NCBI RefSeq assembly: GCF_006345805.1
Contig: NC_043021.1
Location: 20,708,001 to 20,772,000 of the forward strand
Direction: 5' to 3'
Origin: Octopus sinensis
Taxonomy: Eukaryota
Length of the DNA stretch: 64,000 bases
The translations under genes were made by a program, and so were the position numbers. Within the stretch, counting starts at the first letter, position 1. The number at the start of each line of letters is the position of its first letter. Positions 24,406-37,689 of the stretch are shown here, piece by piece. The notes beneath the pieces were generated by a model that was not told the origin of the DNA, searched no databases, and was given only the letters and a program-made list of their open reading frames with translations.

Positions 24406-24985
24406 CTACAAAACATGAAGCACGAAAGAAAAAAAAACGAAAAAAAAAATGAATAAAAACAATAACCCTTTGTTTATTAGTCACAAGGGCACATACGATA
24501 TAAAATGTGTTATATGTGGCAAAATATTTGGGTGGGTTGTTATGTAGTAGGTAGGTAAATAGAGCTGACCCCAAGTCTTGTGAGTGAGTTTGGTAGACAG
24601 TAATTTAAAATAAGCTCATTGTAAGTATATATATATATATATACTTATCTACATGGGGATAATCAAAATTCCTCCTTTTCTGTTACTATATATATATCAT
24701 CATCATCATCATCGTTTAACGTCCGCTTTCCATGCTAGTATGGGTTGGGCGGTTCGACCGGGGTCTGGGAAGCCAGGAGGCTGCACCAGGCTCCAGTCTG
24801 ATCTGGCAGTGTTTCTACAGCTGGATGCCCTTCCTAACGCCAACCACGCTGTGAGTGTAGTGGGTGCTTTTTACATACCACCAGAACAGGGGCCAGAGGA
24901 GGCTGGCAATGGCCATGAACGGCATTGACCACGTTCGGATGGTGCTTTTTATGTGCCACCGGCATGGGTATCACAACTACAATTT

Positions 24986-25029
<44 letters not shown>

Positions 25030-25098
25030 TGTTTATATGTATATTAATATGATTAATAAACATTCTTGTATCTTCCATCTTTTCTCTGTCTCATTATT

Positions 25099-25138
<40 letters not shown>

Positions 25139-25288
25139 TATTTATATATATATATATATATATATAACGGGAAGCTTTATGAAAATAAACAAAAGACGAA
25201 GGCAGGTGGAAAACAAATGAACAATTGTATTAGTATGGCGCTCAGGAAATATAAATAAAACAAGTCTTTAACTTATATATATGCATAT

Positions 25289-25336
<48 letters not shown>

Positions 25337-25494
25337 TATTTATATTATATATATATACATACATAATATACAAATAAATAATTGCAAGAAAACAACTTGC
25401 TGAGTGATACCTAGCATGGCTTTTCACCAGGTAGGAGCTGCCCGACCCAGTTCTTACTGCAATATGACTAAGTGTTGAGGCAGTTACTCAATAA

Positions 25495-26255
25495 CTCAAA
25501 TGTGGATGTAATACACCTTGACTTTGCAAAAGTTTATTGATAAAGTTAATAATGGTATGGCATGCCACAAACTGCATGATCTCGGCATAGCTGGAAAACT
25601 TAGAGAGGGGTTACATGACTTTCTGAAAGATAGAAGTCAGGCAGTAATGGCCAATGGAACCACCTCAATGAAAGCACAAATAGTGAGTGGTGTTACACAG
25701 GGCACTGTCTTGGGATCACTGCTTTTCATAGTGTCCCTCACAGATATACCTATTTCTTTATTACCCACAAGGGGCTAAACATAGAGGGGACAGACAAGGA
25801 CAGACATAGGTATTAAGTCGATTACATCGACCCCAGTGCGTAACTGGTACTTAATTTATCGACCCTGAAAGGATCAAAGGCAAAGTTGACCTCGGCGGAA
25901 TTTGAACTCACAACATAACGGCAGACGAATTACGGCTACGCTTTTCGCCCGGTGTGCTAACGTTTCTGCCAGCTCACAGATATACCCTCAGCTGCCTGGA
26001 TAGCCACCCTTGCTAGCTACACAGACAATATCAAAGTTTCACAGAAAATACAGAACCCCAGTGATGTTGCACACCTGCATCAGGTGTTGGACTCAACTTA
26101 CAGATGGGCCGAGGATAATAATATGCAGTTTAATGCTGAAAAAAATTCCAAACCTTGCACCACCAGTGACCAAAACTGAATATAAAACTTACAAGGTACA
26201 CTGGTCCACAGGGGATTACAATCCTAGAGCCTAAATCAGTGAGGGACCTGTCTCT
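25495..26255 (+). pseudogene. CR1/L2-type LINE RT fragment interrupted by an S1 SINE
   Basis: LDFAK...SGVTQGTVLGSLLF, then SYTDNIK...WAEDNNMQFN; SINE flanked by the TSD CTCACAGATATACC (25737-25750, 25973-25986). Confidence 0.85.
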
Positions 26256-27059
26256 AATTCGCCCTACCTCCTTCCTATTCTGCCCCGTTTTTCCCTCTTT
26301 CCTTCTCTGTCTCCATTTCCATCTCTCCACCCACTCTCTGGGCTCAACTAGGTTTTTAAAAAAATGACCGAGATTTGTCACATGTCCCAATGACACACCT
26401 ATATTAACACCACAGGGGTTGAAGGCCCAACTATAAATACTACCAGTCTTTATATCAAGGGCAAACATTAACCTTTTTAGTATTCAGATTACTCTGTCAA
26501 ATGCAATGCTTATATATTCACATTGGTTTGAAACTCTGCCAGATCAAGATTGGAGCCTGGTGCAGCCATCTGGTTCGCTAGTCCTCAGTCAAATCGTCCG
26601 ACCCATGCTAGCAGGGAAAGCGGACGTTAAACAATGATGATGATGATGGTGGTGGTGGTGATGATCGTCGTCATCGTCTTCTTCTTCTTCGTCGTCGTTG
26701 TCATCGTCGTCATCATCATTATCATCATCATCGTCATCACCATCTGGCCAGTTTGAACATAAGACAGGTAGAAAATTTTAGGTTGGATACAGCCAGTTTA
26801 ACCCTTTCGTTACCATATTTCTGTTGAGTTGTTCTGTGTTTCTTTCAATTAATTTTAAATATAACAAAGAATTTAGTAAAATAACTTAGTTATCATTAAA
26901 CTGGAGTTAGGAAAATAAATTGTGACTAAAGTTTGGTGGAAGATTTTAATTCAGAACTTTTGAAAACAAGAAATTTGTACTAGAAAGCCAGATACCAACC
27001 TACCTGTTTCAGGTAGGATTGGTATCAAAATGGTTAAGCAGAAAGCTGCAATCACTCAC

Positions 27060-27232
27060 CTTTCCTTAGGCAGAGATAGGTTGTGACTGAGGTAGTCCAC
27101 CATGACCTGTGTGTACTTAGGTGTTGTAGAAGCAGTAATCACATCGATAGCTCGTATCTCCAAGAAGGCTGCAGGATCGTAGCTACCAGCACGACAAAAG
27201 GCCAAGTCACTATGCACAATGACACTCATTTT
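27060..27232 (-). CDS. MIF/DDT family gene, coding exon 2 (173 nt)
   Basis: tcttcAG acceptor, AG|GTGAGT donor; encodes KMSVIVHSDLAFCRAGSYDPAAFLEIRAIDVIT...LSHNLSLPKE(R). Confidence 0.93.
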
Positions 27233-27317
27233 CTGAAGAGAAAAAAAGATGACATAACACGTGACAATACTTCAAATGCTTAAGCATGTATGCATACACG
27301 AACACATGCACATACAA

Positions 27318-27952
27318 GGGAAGGGGTGTGCTGAAAAGTTCCTGGCTTTACTCTTTACTCTCTTTTACTCGTTTCAGTCATTTGACTGCGGCCATGCTGG
27401 AGCACCGCCTTTAGTCGAGCAAATCGACCCCGGGACTTATTCTTTGTAAGCCCAGTACTTATTCTATCGGTCTCTTTTGCCGAACCGCTAAGTGACGGGG
27501 ACGTAAACACACCAGCATCGGTTGTCAAGCAATGCTAGGGGGACAAACACACACACACACACAAACACACACACATACACATATATATATACATATATAC
27601 GACAGGCTTCTTTCAGTTTCCGTCTACCAAATCCACTCACAAGGCATTGGTCGGCCCGGGGCTATAGCAGAAGACACTTGCCCAAGATGCCACGCAGTGG
27701 GACTGAACCCGGAACCATGTGGCTGGTTAGCAAGCTACTTACCACACAGCCACTCCTGCACTTTGGGTAAAAAAAAAATACAGGAGAATCAGTTAATTAT
27801 GATTTTATTCAACATATTCCCCTCGGTAATTCACACGCTTATTGTAGCCATTCTTCAGCTTTTCTAAGCCCTGTAAATAGGACCTAAAAGGCTGGGCCTC
27901 CAACCAGGCCTTTTGTGATACCCTTAAAGCCAGGAACTTTTTAGTACCCTCA
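27318..27952. mobile_element. Mariner-like MITE split by an S2 SINE (uninterrupted relative at 28640-28912)
   Basis: TIR GGTGTGCTGAAAAGTTCCTGGCTTTA / TAAAGCCAGGAACTTTTTAGTACC; internal sequence shared with the 28640 copy. Confidence 0.7.
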
Positions 27953-28379
27953 GTATATCTATATCTATAAAACAGTCCTTGACGAAAATTGTATGCACAT
28001 TTTGCTTTGACGGTTAATGGTGGCCAAACCGAGGCTAGGATCGAGCTGAAAATTGGCAGGGATACTAAATGCTCGGTGACGATGCGACCCGCGATGGTTA
28101 AAATTCGCAAGCTATAAGGATGTGGTTGCTATGGCAAAAAGAGTGATTTTTTATCGATTCAAGGGGGCCCAGAGCCCCTCTAGGTTTGTGCAATTGGCTT
28201 TTAATGCCCAGCGGCATGCACTGCAGGTTGTTGTGCTTAATAAATATACATTTTGTCGTGAAATTCCAGCTACTAGGAAAAAAATTTTTCGGTGTGAAAA
28301 AACAAGTGCTTATTGTCTTCATTTTCTTTTTAATTTTTAATAAAATTTTCGTTTTTTCTTAAATTCCTCATCTTTAAAA

Positions 28380-28600
28380 TGTGGCTCGAGTAGACCTGAA
28401 TGAAATCAGGGTGAACCGTTGGCGATTTTTTTTTCCTCTGTCTTCCCTTCTCTGGATCTTTCCTTCTCCTATGTTTCCGACGAAGAGCTCCGCTCGAAAC
28501 GTTAAACCTTCCTTCTTTCCTGAGCGTCCAATAATACTATATTTGTTCCACGTCCTCGCGTTGTTGTGTTTTTTTGTGCTTTCTTGTTTGGATTAACTTT
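28380..28600 (+). mobile_element. Second Penelope-type element with a hammerhead-like motif (28473-28507)
   Basis: GTTT-CCGACGA-AGAGC TCC GCTC-GAAACGTT-AAAC; followed by (TA)n. Confidence 0.65.
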
Positions 28601-28989
28601 ATAATACTAGTATATATATATATATATATAACATATATATGAGGAGGTGTTAAAAAGTTCCTGGCTTTGCATAAAAGAAAATACTGAGTGCAGATATGAA
28701 CAGCACATGGGAACTGGTATTAAGGAAGGATAGGAGAATATTAGATTTATAATTATGGTTTTATTCAACATCTTCCTCTCTCAGATTCATACCCTCATTG
28801 TAGTGGTCCTTCAGTTTTTCTAAGCCCTGTAAAAGAACTTGGTAGGTTGGGCCTTGAATCAGGCCTTTCACAATACTGTTAAAGCCAAGCACTTTTCAGA
28901 ACCCACTTCTATATATTAAGTATATGTAGACAAATATACATACAGGCATATATTTATGTATGTATATATATGTGTGTATATATGTGTGT

Positions 28990-29038
<49 letters not shown>

Positions 29039-29399
29039 TAAATGGAGTTAAACGCAGGTGTTATTCAAATTCTTTTACTTCTGACACATGTTTCAAAGAT
29101 ATCATTGGTATTATTCCAAAGGAATAAAATGACGTAAAACAACGTTTTGGCTGATATACCCTCCACCCTTCATCAGGTGTCTTGGGGAAATTTCAAACCT
29201 GGGTTCTCATTCCTGAGGTATTTCTCAATGTTGTTATCATTATTATTCAGGTTACTGCCTGGAATCAAACTCGGAATCTTGGAGTTAGTACTTATTCTAT
29301 CGGTCGCTTTTGCCGAACCGCTAAGTTACAGGGATGTAAACACACCAGCATTGGTTGTCAAGCGATGTTGGGGGGACAAACACAGACACACAAACTTAT

Positions 29400-29434
<35 letters not shown>

Positions 29435-29618
29435 GGACGGGTTTCTTTCAGTTTCCATCTACCAAATCCACTCACAAGGCTTTAGTCGGCTTGAGGCTAT
29501 AGTAGAAGACATTTGCCCAAGGTGCCACACAGTAGGACTGAACCATGTGGTTTGCAAGCAAGCTACTTACCACACAGCCACTCCTACGCCTATGCCACTC
29601 CTACACCTCTCTCTCTCT

Positions 29619-29654
<36 letters not shown>

Positions 29655-31297
29655 TTAAAAGAATAAAGGTGAAAAATTCAATATTAATTTGATTAATATC
29701 AATTTTAAACCAGTGGTCTAGGATATTAAATTCTGAAGATACAGAAAAATTATATTACATACATATAAGAGAGATGACCACTACGTGGACATCCATTGTG
29801 CTAGAAATAGATCCACCATGGTCTTACCACTAAGAAAGGAATGTTCTCAAGAAAATTTTAGCAAATGCCAGAACGTAAGTGAGAAAGACAAATAAAAAGA
29901 AACAAAATATAGATTAAGCACAAACTAGTTTCACTATTATTACTAACATAATTGGCCGTAGCTCATCAGTGTGATCATGTGATCACACAAATGAGCTATG
30001 GACATCGTGTGATCACACTAATGAGCTTATTAACACTCCCTAGGCAATGTGGAGGAGGGCTGTCCATTTGTTTGACTAAAATCTTTCAAGTGCTCCAGTA
30101 TGGACGCAATCTAATGACTTAAAAGCGCACAAAAACATAAAAGATAAAAGTTGGCCTAGAAATTTATAGTTTTAAGATAAGGAGATAAACTTATTGAAAT
30201 GATTACCTGTACTTTAAAGTGAAGGGTATAGTTGTTGTTTTTTTTAACTAACATCAACACTTATTTGCAAGAAAAAAAATCACCAGAAAACTTTCTTCTA
30301 ATCTTTCCAAATCTTTTTGTTAAAACTGTATTGAAACCATTTGTGGGGAAGAAAGAGATAAAATACAACCCAATAATCTTTTCTACTATAGGAATAGGGC
30401 CTGTAATTTGGGGTGGTACTTAATTTATCGACCCCGAAAGGATGAAAGGCAAAAGTCGACCTCGACGGAATTTGAACTCAGAATGTAGCGATAGGCAAAA
30501 TATCGCTAAGCATTTCATCCAGTGTGCTAGCGATTCTGCCATCTCACCGCCTTAACCCTTTAGTGTTTAAACCGGCCATATCCGGCCCAATATATTCTAC
30601 ATGTTTTATATTTGAACTAGCCATATCTGGCCTCTCACACCTAACCTACATTGACATTCTAAAAATAAATAATCACATTATTGAAACCTCAAAGCTTTGA
30701 GATAGTGCATGATTAATTCAAAACAGTTTGAGTGAAAAAGTATTACATTTAACAGAGTAATCTGAATGCTAAATGGTTAAGCAAATTTCGGTCCCCACAT
30801 TTGTGTCTTACTATCTATAAAATAGAGACCACAACAAGCAACATACATATCCTGCTTGTAACTTTTTGCTTTTATTAATTTCTAGAAAAGGGAAATGAAT
30901 GCAATTTTTGTCATACATCAGAATTATATTTCTTTGAAAGGTGTCGAGCTGGCAGAAAAGTTGGCATGCCAGGCGAAATTTTTATACAAATAATCCATAA
31001 TCCTTGTCCGGTACCAGATAGCCAATGATGATGATGATGATGATAGATCCTAAAAATGATTAAGTTTCTAAAACAAAAAGAATCAATGTAATGTGGGGTG
31101 AAGGCCGAAATAAGACCATAGCGGTACTACTTAAAAAGAGTGGTCCCGGTGCGCACACTAGTGTATTCGCGCATCCGCACTAGCTAGTCGTGACTAGTCG
31201 ATCCTTACTTTGTGTTTTTGTATTTTTTTTACTTCGTTTAGAAAAATTATTCACTTTGTATTTTTATGTTTTATTTACTTTGCTTTAAAAAAATTAT

Positions 31298-31708
31298 GGA
31301 TCTTTTCGGTTTGAACGGCAGTTTTTTCTAGCAGTGTCATATGAAATTGTCACCCATAATTATGACCCTAGTATCGATCTATTGCATTTCAATCTGTTTT
31401 AGGGTTAGGGGTGGGGGGAAGGGTATCTTTTTTTCTTCACAAATGTAAATAAAACCAATCTGTTTCTTAAACGAGGGACATATTCATACGGCACAGAATG
31501 CTTTCACCTCAATAGACGTCATTGATTGGTTGAAATTGCAGAAATTGAAGAAAAAAAACAACAAATATCTTACAAACTATAGAATTTTCTCAATAAAGCC
31601 AAGAGAAAAAGATGTTTTATAAACACATTCTACCAGTATACGAAGTTGAAAAATTTTTTAGTTACCTAGAAATTATGTTAAACACTGCCGTTCAAACCGA
31701 AAAGATCC
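31298..31708. mobile_element. Complete GGATCTTTTC-family MITE (411 bp)
   Basis: Both TIRs intact. Confidence 0.88.
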
Positions 31709-32851
31709 TGATTAAGTTTCTAAAACAGAAAAAGAATTAGTGTAATGTGGGTGAATGCCGAAATAAGACTATAGCGACACAACTGATATACTACTACTGA
31801 TATACTACAGACCTGAAAAGCAGCATGTTAAGACTGCGTCAATAACAACAAAATGCTACATGATCGCAGAACCAACACAGAATAAAAGAACCACAATAAA
31901 TTACGATAGCAAGGCTCTATTATCGATCTAAACACACAACTGTGGAAGCACTCCGTCGGTTACGACGATGAGGGTTCCGGTTGATCCGAATCAACGGAAC
32001 AGCCCGCTCGTGAAATTAACGTGTAAGTGGCTGAGCACTCCACAGACAAGTGCACCCTTAACGTAGTTCTCGGGGATATTCAGCGTGTCACAGAGAGTGA
32101 CAGGTACAACAGAAACGGGAAGTAAGAGTGAGAGAAAGCTGTGGTGAAAGAGTACAGCAGGGATCACCACCATCCCCTGCCATCCCCCTTTTAGGTGTTT
32201 TCGTTCAATAAACACTCACAACGCCCGGTCTGGGAATCGAAACCGCGATCCTATGACCGCGAGTCCACTGCCCTAACCACTGGGCCATTGCGCCTCCACA
32301 CATACACACAACTGTAGCAACACGTTAAACATACCATACTACCACGTTACTAACACATACTAAATCATTACGGTACTATCATCACATCAAACAGCCACGC
32401 AGATATACATGGGTAGCAAAACTCGAACTTCAGTCGAAACACCCAAACCTCACTCCACCTCCCATATTAGAGATAGCAAGGCTTGAACTTCGATCCAAAC
32501 ACACCACTATAACAGCACTTTACTACCACGTCAACAACAACAACAACAGACACATATTACATGCACTGTCACGGCATGAACACTACAACATCACCGACAC
32601 TACAACATCACACGGTATTGGGCGAAATGCTTTGCGGTATTTCGTCTGCCGTTACGTTGTGAGTTCAAATTCCGCCGAGGTCGACTTTGCCTTTCATCCT
32701 TTCGGGGTCGATAAATTAAGTACCAGTTACGCACTGGAGTCGATGTAATCGACTTAATCCCTTTGACTGTCCTTGTTTGTCCTCTCTAATGTTTAGCCCC
32801 TTATGGGAAATAAAGAAATATGTATATGGAGACGACAAAGCGAGCACTTAC

Positions 32852-32959
32852 TTCGATCGGTTTTCCAAGCAACTCGGCAATTTTATGTGAAAGGTGTTTC
32901 TCAAATGCTTTGGGGATTCCAGTCCTGGGCAAACTTGTTCTCAATAGACAAATCGGCAT
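32852..32959 (-). CDS. MIF/DDT family gene, coding exon 1 (36 codons)
   Basis: Encodes MPICLLRTSLPRTGIPKAFEKHLSHKIAELLGKPIE|GTAAGT; N-terminal Met-Pro, LGKP motif and intron after codon 36 as in MIF/DDT genes. Confidence 0.93.
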
Positions 32960-33116
32960 TTTCCTTCAGCTGTTTACGTAACCTTCGACACACCAAGAAA
33001 AGAAAAGCAAATGAATATAGAACTTAACGGAAATTGGCTAGAAGGCAGGTCTGCAAGTCAAAACGAAAGATAGTAAACAATGTATAAAGATATATATATA
33101 TATATACTTTTGCGTC

Positions 33117-33362
33117 TGGGGAGAGTTATTTTCTTTTTGTGCCTTATAATGTAACACACCCACAGGTAAAATTTCCACTTGAGACTATTGAAAAGGTTGC
33201 AAGACGCAACAAAAATTTTAGGAAAATAAAATAAGAAATAGGTGGAAATTTTACCGGTGAGTGTGTTAAATAATAAGGCACTAAAAGAGAATGACTCTCC
33301 CCAGACACAGCAGAATATGCTTCAACACACGAACTCATATAAAGAATCTTGTAAACCGAATC
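33117..33362. mobile_element. Foldback MITE, copy 2
   Basis: Same core as 8871-9130; right arm extends about 60 bp further. Confidence 0.8.
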
Positions 33363-33422
33363 CCCAAACGAAATATATATATATATATACTTGGCTTGAT
33401 GTATAGAGAAATGTTCTTTTAC

Positions 33423-33490
33423 GTTTATGTATGACGGGATGTAGCTTGTGGACTTATGAAGAATAGTATTTCGTTCTTGTTATTTATATA
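33423..33490 (-). promoter_or_regulatory. Candidate TATA box and short 5' UTR exon of the MIF/DDT gene
   Basis: TATATAAATA at 33490-33481, donor C|GTAAAA at 33423/33422, acceptor before 32982. Confidence 0.4.
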
Positions 33491-36033
33491 AGTGCGCGCA
33501 ACCCATATAAGGGTCAACAAGAGTAAACACCGTGTACGAAATATCGCTTGTTAACACACATTCCTTCGTGTTAGAACACACACACACACACACACAATTT
33601 ATCTAGTTGTAACCTCTGGAGATGTGCTAGATAATAATATCAAAAAAACACGAAATTAAAATGTAAGGTCAATTACTAAAAATCTCGTAAACAACAATCT
33701 ATCTAAGTGGAAAGATACGCATGTGTCAGCACACGCACACCTACATATACACATATATATACGTGTATATACATATAGGCAGAGGCAGGTACCGTTAATC
33801 GAAAGGTTAACTTTTATTGAAAAAAGGCATAACTACAGTTTAATGCCCCACCGATTTTGTTGCCTCATAACTTCCAGTGAGATGGATACTTTTTAACGAA
33901 ATTTACACCAAATAATCGCTTATATTCTGTAGATTGAGTATATGTCAAGATTTGTTGAAACAATTTTGCGAGGGGTTGGATAGAGGAGTTTCGGAAAATT
34001 CACAGGACCTACTATTTTCCTCCTCATAACTTTCTGGAAAATAGGTATTTTTTAATGAAATTTGGCGTAACTTCGGTATAGGTACCGGAAGTACCGGATA
34101 CATTTCAAGAAAGTTTTTTTTTTTTTATATATATATGGGGGGTTAGGGTTAGGGTTAGGGGTGGGATAAAAGGTTTTCTGTTATCTTCAGAAATGTAAGC
34201 AAAGCCACTTACGGTACCTATACCGAAGGATCGCCTGAAATTTTATACAAATACCTTTCAAACGGTGTAGATGACGATTACAAAGAAATTTATAAGCAAA
34301 ATTTTTGGAAGGGACGGAGGAGTTTCTGGAAAACGAAGTTTCGGATCAGACGGCCCACATAAGTTGGAATTTCTCTGTTTTGACTGGAATTTTTTCCTAT
34401 GTTTTTCCACTTCAGTATGATGGGAGGCATCCTTTCACAAAAAAAAAAAAAAAAATTGAAAATTTTTTCTTCACTCTCGCTACCCCCTCACAACCCTAGT
34501 CCTGACCATTTAAAGTTTTTTTTACTACGCACTTAAAACTCCTGAGAGAAACAATTTCGTTTTTTAAAAAATCGTTAATAATTGCAAAGGAAAATATATG
34601 ATTTAAAGGAGATCCAACTGTTGTTTCTAGCACATTGCAAAACCTCCCTCCTCGTTTCTTTCTCACTCACACATCTATTGATATGTTTCAATATTTTTCT
34701 CCCCATAAACAAATTTTATGGAATGGTGATGTCAAAGTAGCACGAGCAAAGCCGTGTTATGTGTGTGTGTTAGAAAACCCCCCCACCTAAAAATATCTCT
34801 AGTGTTTATATTAATCTGTCAAATGTAATGCTTATTTGTTCACGTTATTTTAAATTATTCAGATTCAATATTTGCTTGTCTACCTACATAAAAGAGGGAA
34901 AAAACTTGCACACTTTAGCTTTGGTAAGGATTCAATGGCACTAGACGAGCTAGGATCAGCTGAAAATTGCCAGGGATCCTAAATGCTCGGTGAGGATGCG
35001 ACCCGCGATGGTTAAAATTCGCAAGCTATAAAGATGTGGTTGCTATGGCAAAAAGAGTGATTTAAAAAAAAATATTTCAGCATTCAGAAATAGATACGTT
35101 GTAAGGGGAACAACTCAGTAGTTTTAATGATTACATTTTACAAGTAACGACTGTACATAAATATCAAGATTACTTATCTGTTGCGAAATAATATGTGCGT
35201 GTGCATGTGTGCGTGTGTGCGTGCGTGAGTGTGTGCATGTGCGTGTGTGTGTATGTATGTGTGTGTGTATATGCATGTGTGTGTGTGTGCGCGTGTATAC
35301 GAGCGCGAGAGTTGGCTGTTAATTCAATCGAACATAAAGAAATCAAAAAATGTAGTTAAAAAAGCAATTAATAATTTTAAGAATAATTTCACCAAACCTG
35401 ATAGTATGAAAGGTAGCAAAGCATGATAAAAGATAATAAGAGTAGAAATTAATATTGTTTTTAGCATATAAGGGATCCACTGAGTGGTATCTCCTCTTGT
35501 CTATCTATATAAAAGAGGAAAAAAACTTGCACACTTTGGCTTTTGGTAAGGATTCAATGGCACTAGACGTTCTAGGATCGAGCTGAAAATTTACACACCT
35601 ATAGAAGGCGTGGGGTAGTTACGGTCAGAGTAGGTTTCAAGTCTCTATCTCGATAACAAAGGCCCGAAACAATGCATTTTCCGCGAGTGAGTGGATGTCG
35701 TACACTATTGCCTTGAGTTGTGTTCACGCAACATGTTGGATTCTACGCGTGACTGTGCACGTGTTTGCGCGAATGCAACGGAAACATGGGTCGGAAACAC
35801 GTTCAATTTTTGAGTTTTTCGAAAAACAAAATATGAGTATATACGTAGAAAAATTTCCTGAATCGATTGGAGCAAGTTTGAATTCTCTTGCTTGAAAAAT
35901 GCAAATTCTAGCAGTTTTTAGTGTGCCTTTTTAAGGAGTTCTCAGTTGAAAATGGTGTCAAAAAATAGCTCAAAATGACAGAATTATTTTGCAGACCGAA
36001 TCGCCGCAAAAATCGAACGGGAAGTGCTCTTAA

Positions 36034-36388
36034 TCTATATATAAAAAGCTGAAGTTGTCTGTGTGTGGCAGGTTTGGTAGCCTTCAACTAACACTATCTC
36101 CTCCGAGACCCTGCGGTGCAAGTTGACCAAAATTAAGAGTATGATAGAAGACTTGCCCTTCCTTCCGTAGAAGAAAAAAAAAATTCAAATCGGACTATGT
36201 TAGCACCAAAAATTATTTACATCAAAAAGGTGCTTTTTTTCTATGAAAATCCCGATTTTTTTACGATTTTTTTACTGCTGTTCACTTAAAGAGAATAAGA
36301 AGACACATAATGCAAAATTTTTACTTTTCAAAAATTCCAATTCTAAAGGGTCGAAACAAACCCTAGCAACGCCGGGCGATACTGCTCG
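36034..36388 (+). mobile_element. Non-autonomous Helitron
   Basis: A|TCTATATATAAAAAG start; CCCTAGCAACGCCGGG hairpin followed by CTCG|T (CTAG variant); related to 59138-59522. Confidence 0.75.
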
Positions 36389-36960
36389 TGACTTTATACA
36401 TTTTTTACATACAGATTTGAAATTTTGTCAGTGGGTGCTTCATACACCACTGGTTTATAGTTATGTGATTTTAGCTGATCTTGCTGAGTAAATTTGACTT
36501 TTATGGGCAGGTAAATTTAATTGACAGGTGTAAAAGCAATAACATTATGGATAAACATTAAATTTGAAGTTCTTCATGCATCTTACCTAAGACAATCTGA
36601 AAAAAAAAAAAGAAACTTTTAAACGATAATCGATTTTTATGAAATTTTGGGACTAACAGAAGCTAAATGTAACGGAAATTAATTAGTCCGATAATGATTT
36701 TCAAAGTTAACTTAGAAGTTAAATCGTTAACGGAAATGTTAACTTCGTTAATTAACGGACCTACCTCCAGCTCTGCATGTAGGTATACACACGCAAACAC
36801 GCACACACACACACACACACATACACACACACACACACACAACATATTGTCAGTAAATCCTAAATCCCAAAAGAAGCACATTCTAAGTTATAAGCAATAG
36901 AGTATATGAATAAAGATAGATATGGTGTTTTATGGCTGGCTTATAGTCCGGCTATATCTA

Positions 36961-37040
<80 letters not shown>

Positions 37041-37208
37041 CATACATACATATTCTCTTATTTGTTTCAGTCATTTGTGGCCACGCTGGAGCACCGCCTT
37101 TAGTGGAACAAATCTTTGTAAGTCCAGTGCTTATTCTATCGGTTTCTTTTGCTGAACCGCTAAATTACGAGGACATAAGCAAACGATGGTGGTTGGACAA
37201 ACAGAGAC

Positions 37209-37291
<83 letters not shown>

Positions 37292-37689
37292 TCCATGTGC
37301 TTGGCCGGAGTGGGCAGTTGTCTGTTCGTCTTCGCTACGTAAGGTTGGTAGTTTATTTATGATGTGTTCAGAATCAGTTCTGCTGAGGATCATAAGACGT
37401 AAGTTGAATGTGAAATCACGGTGATACAGAACTAAATTCATTTTTTAAATGTCTTGCTTTGAAAAACTGCATTTAGGTATGATTAGTATAATTTTGGTAG
37501 TAATGACTTTGTCCCTCTTAGTGTGAGGCATTTATGTGTAATAATGCCCTCTATACAATATATATATATATATATATATAATTTATTTATGGGCCCTTTC
37601 CAAGCCTAGCCAGGCTCATAGGCCCAGTTTCCCGGTTTCTGTGGCAGCTCAAGAAACAGTAAGAAAGATTGCGAGATAGTTGTACAAAA

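Noticed and set aside
10500-32300. tRNA genes at tRNA-like A/B-box sequences
   Set aside because: They are SINE heads fused to repeat bodies, with no complete cloverleaf.
15772-34165. TTAGGG runs as telomere or fusion remnants
   Set aside because: Only 2-3 units, always at the same position inside MITEs.
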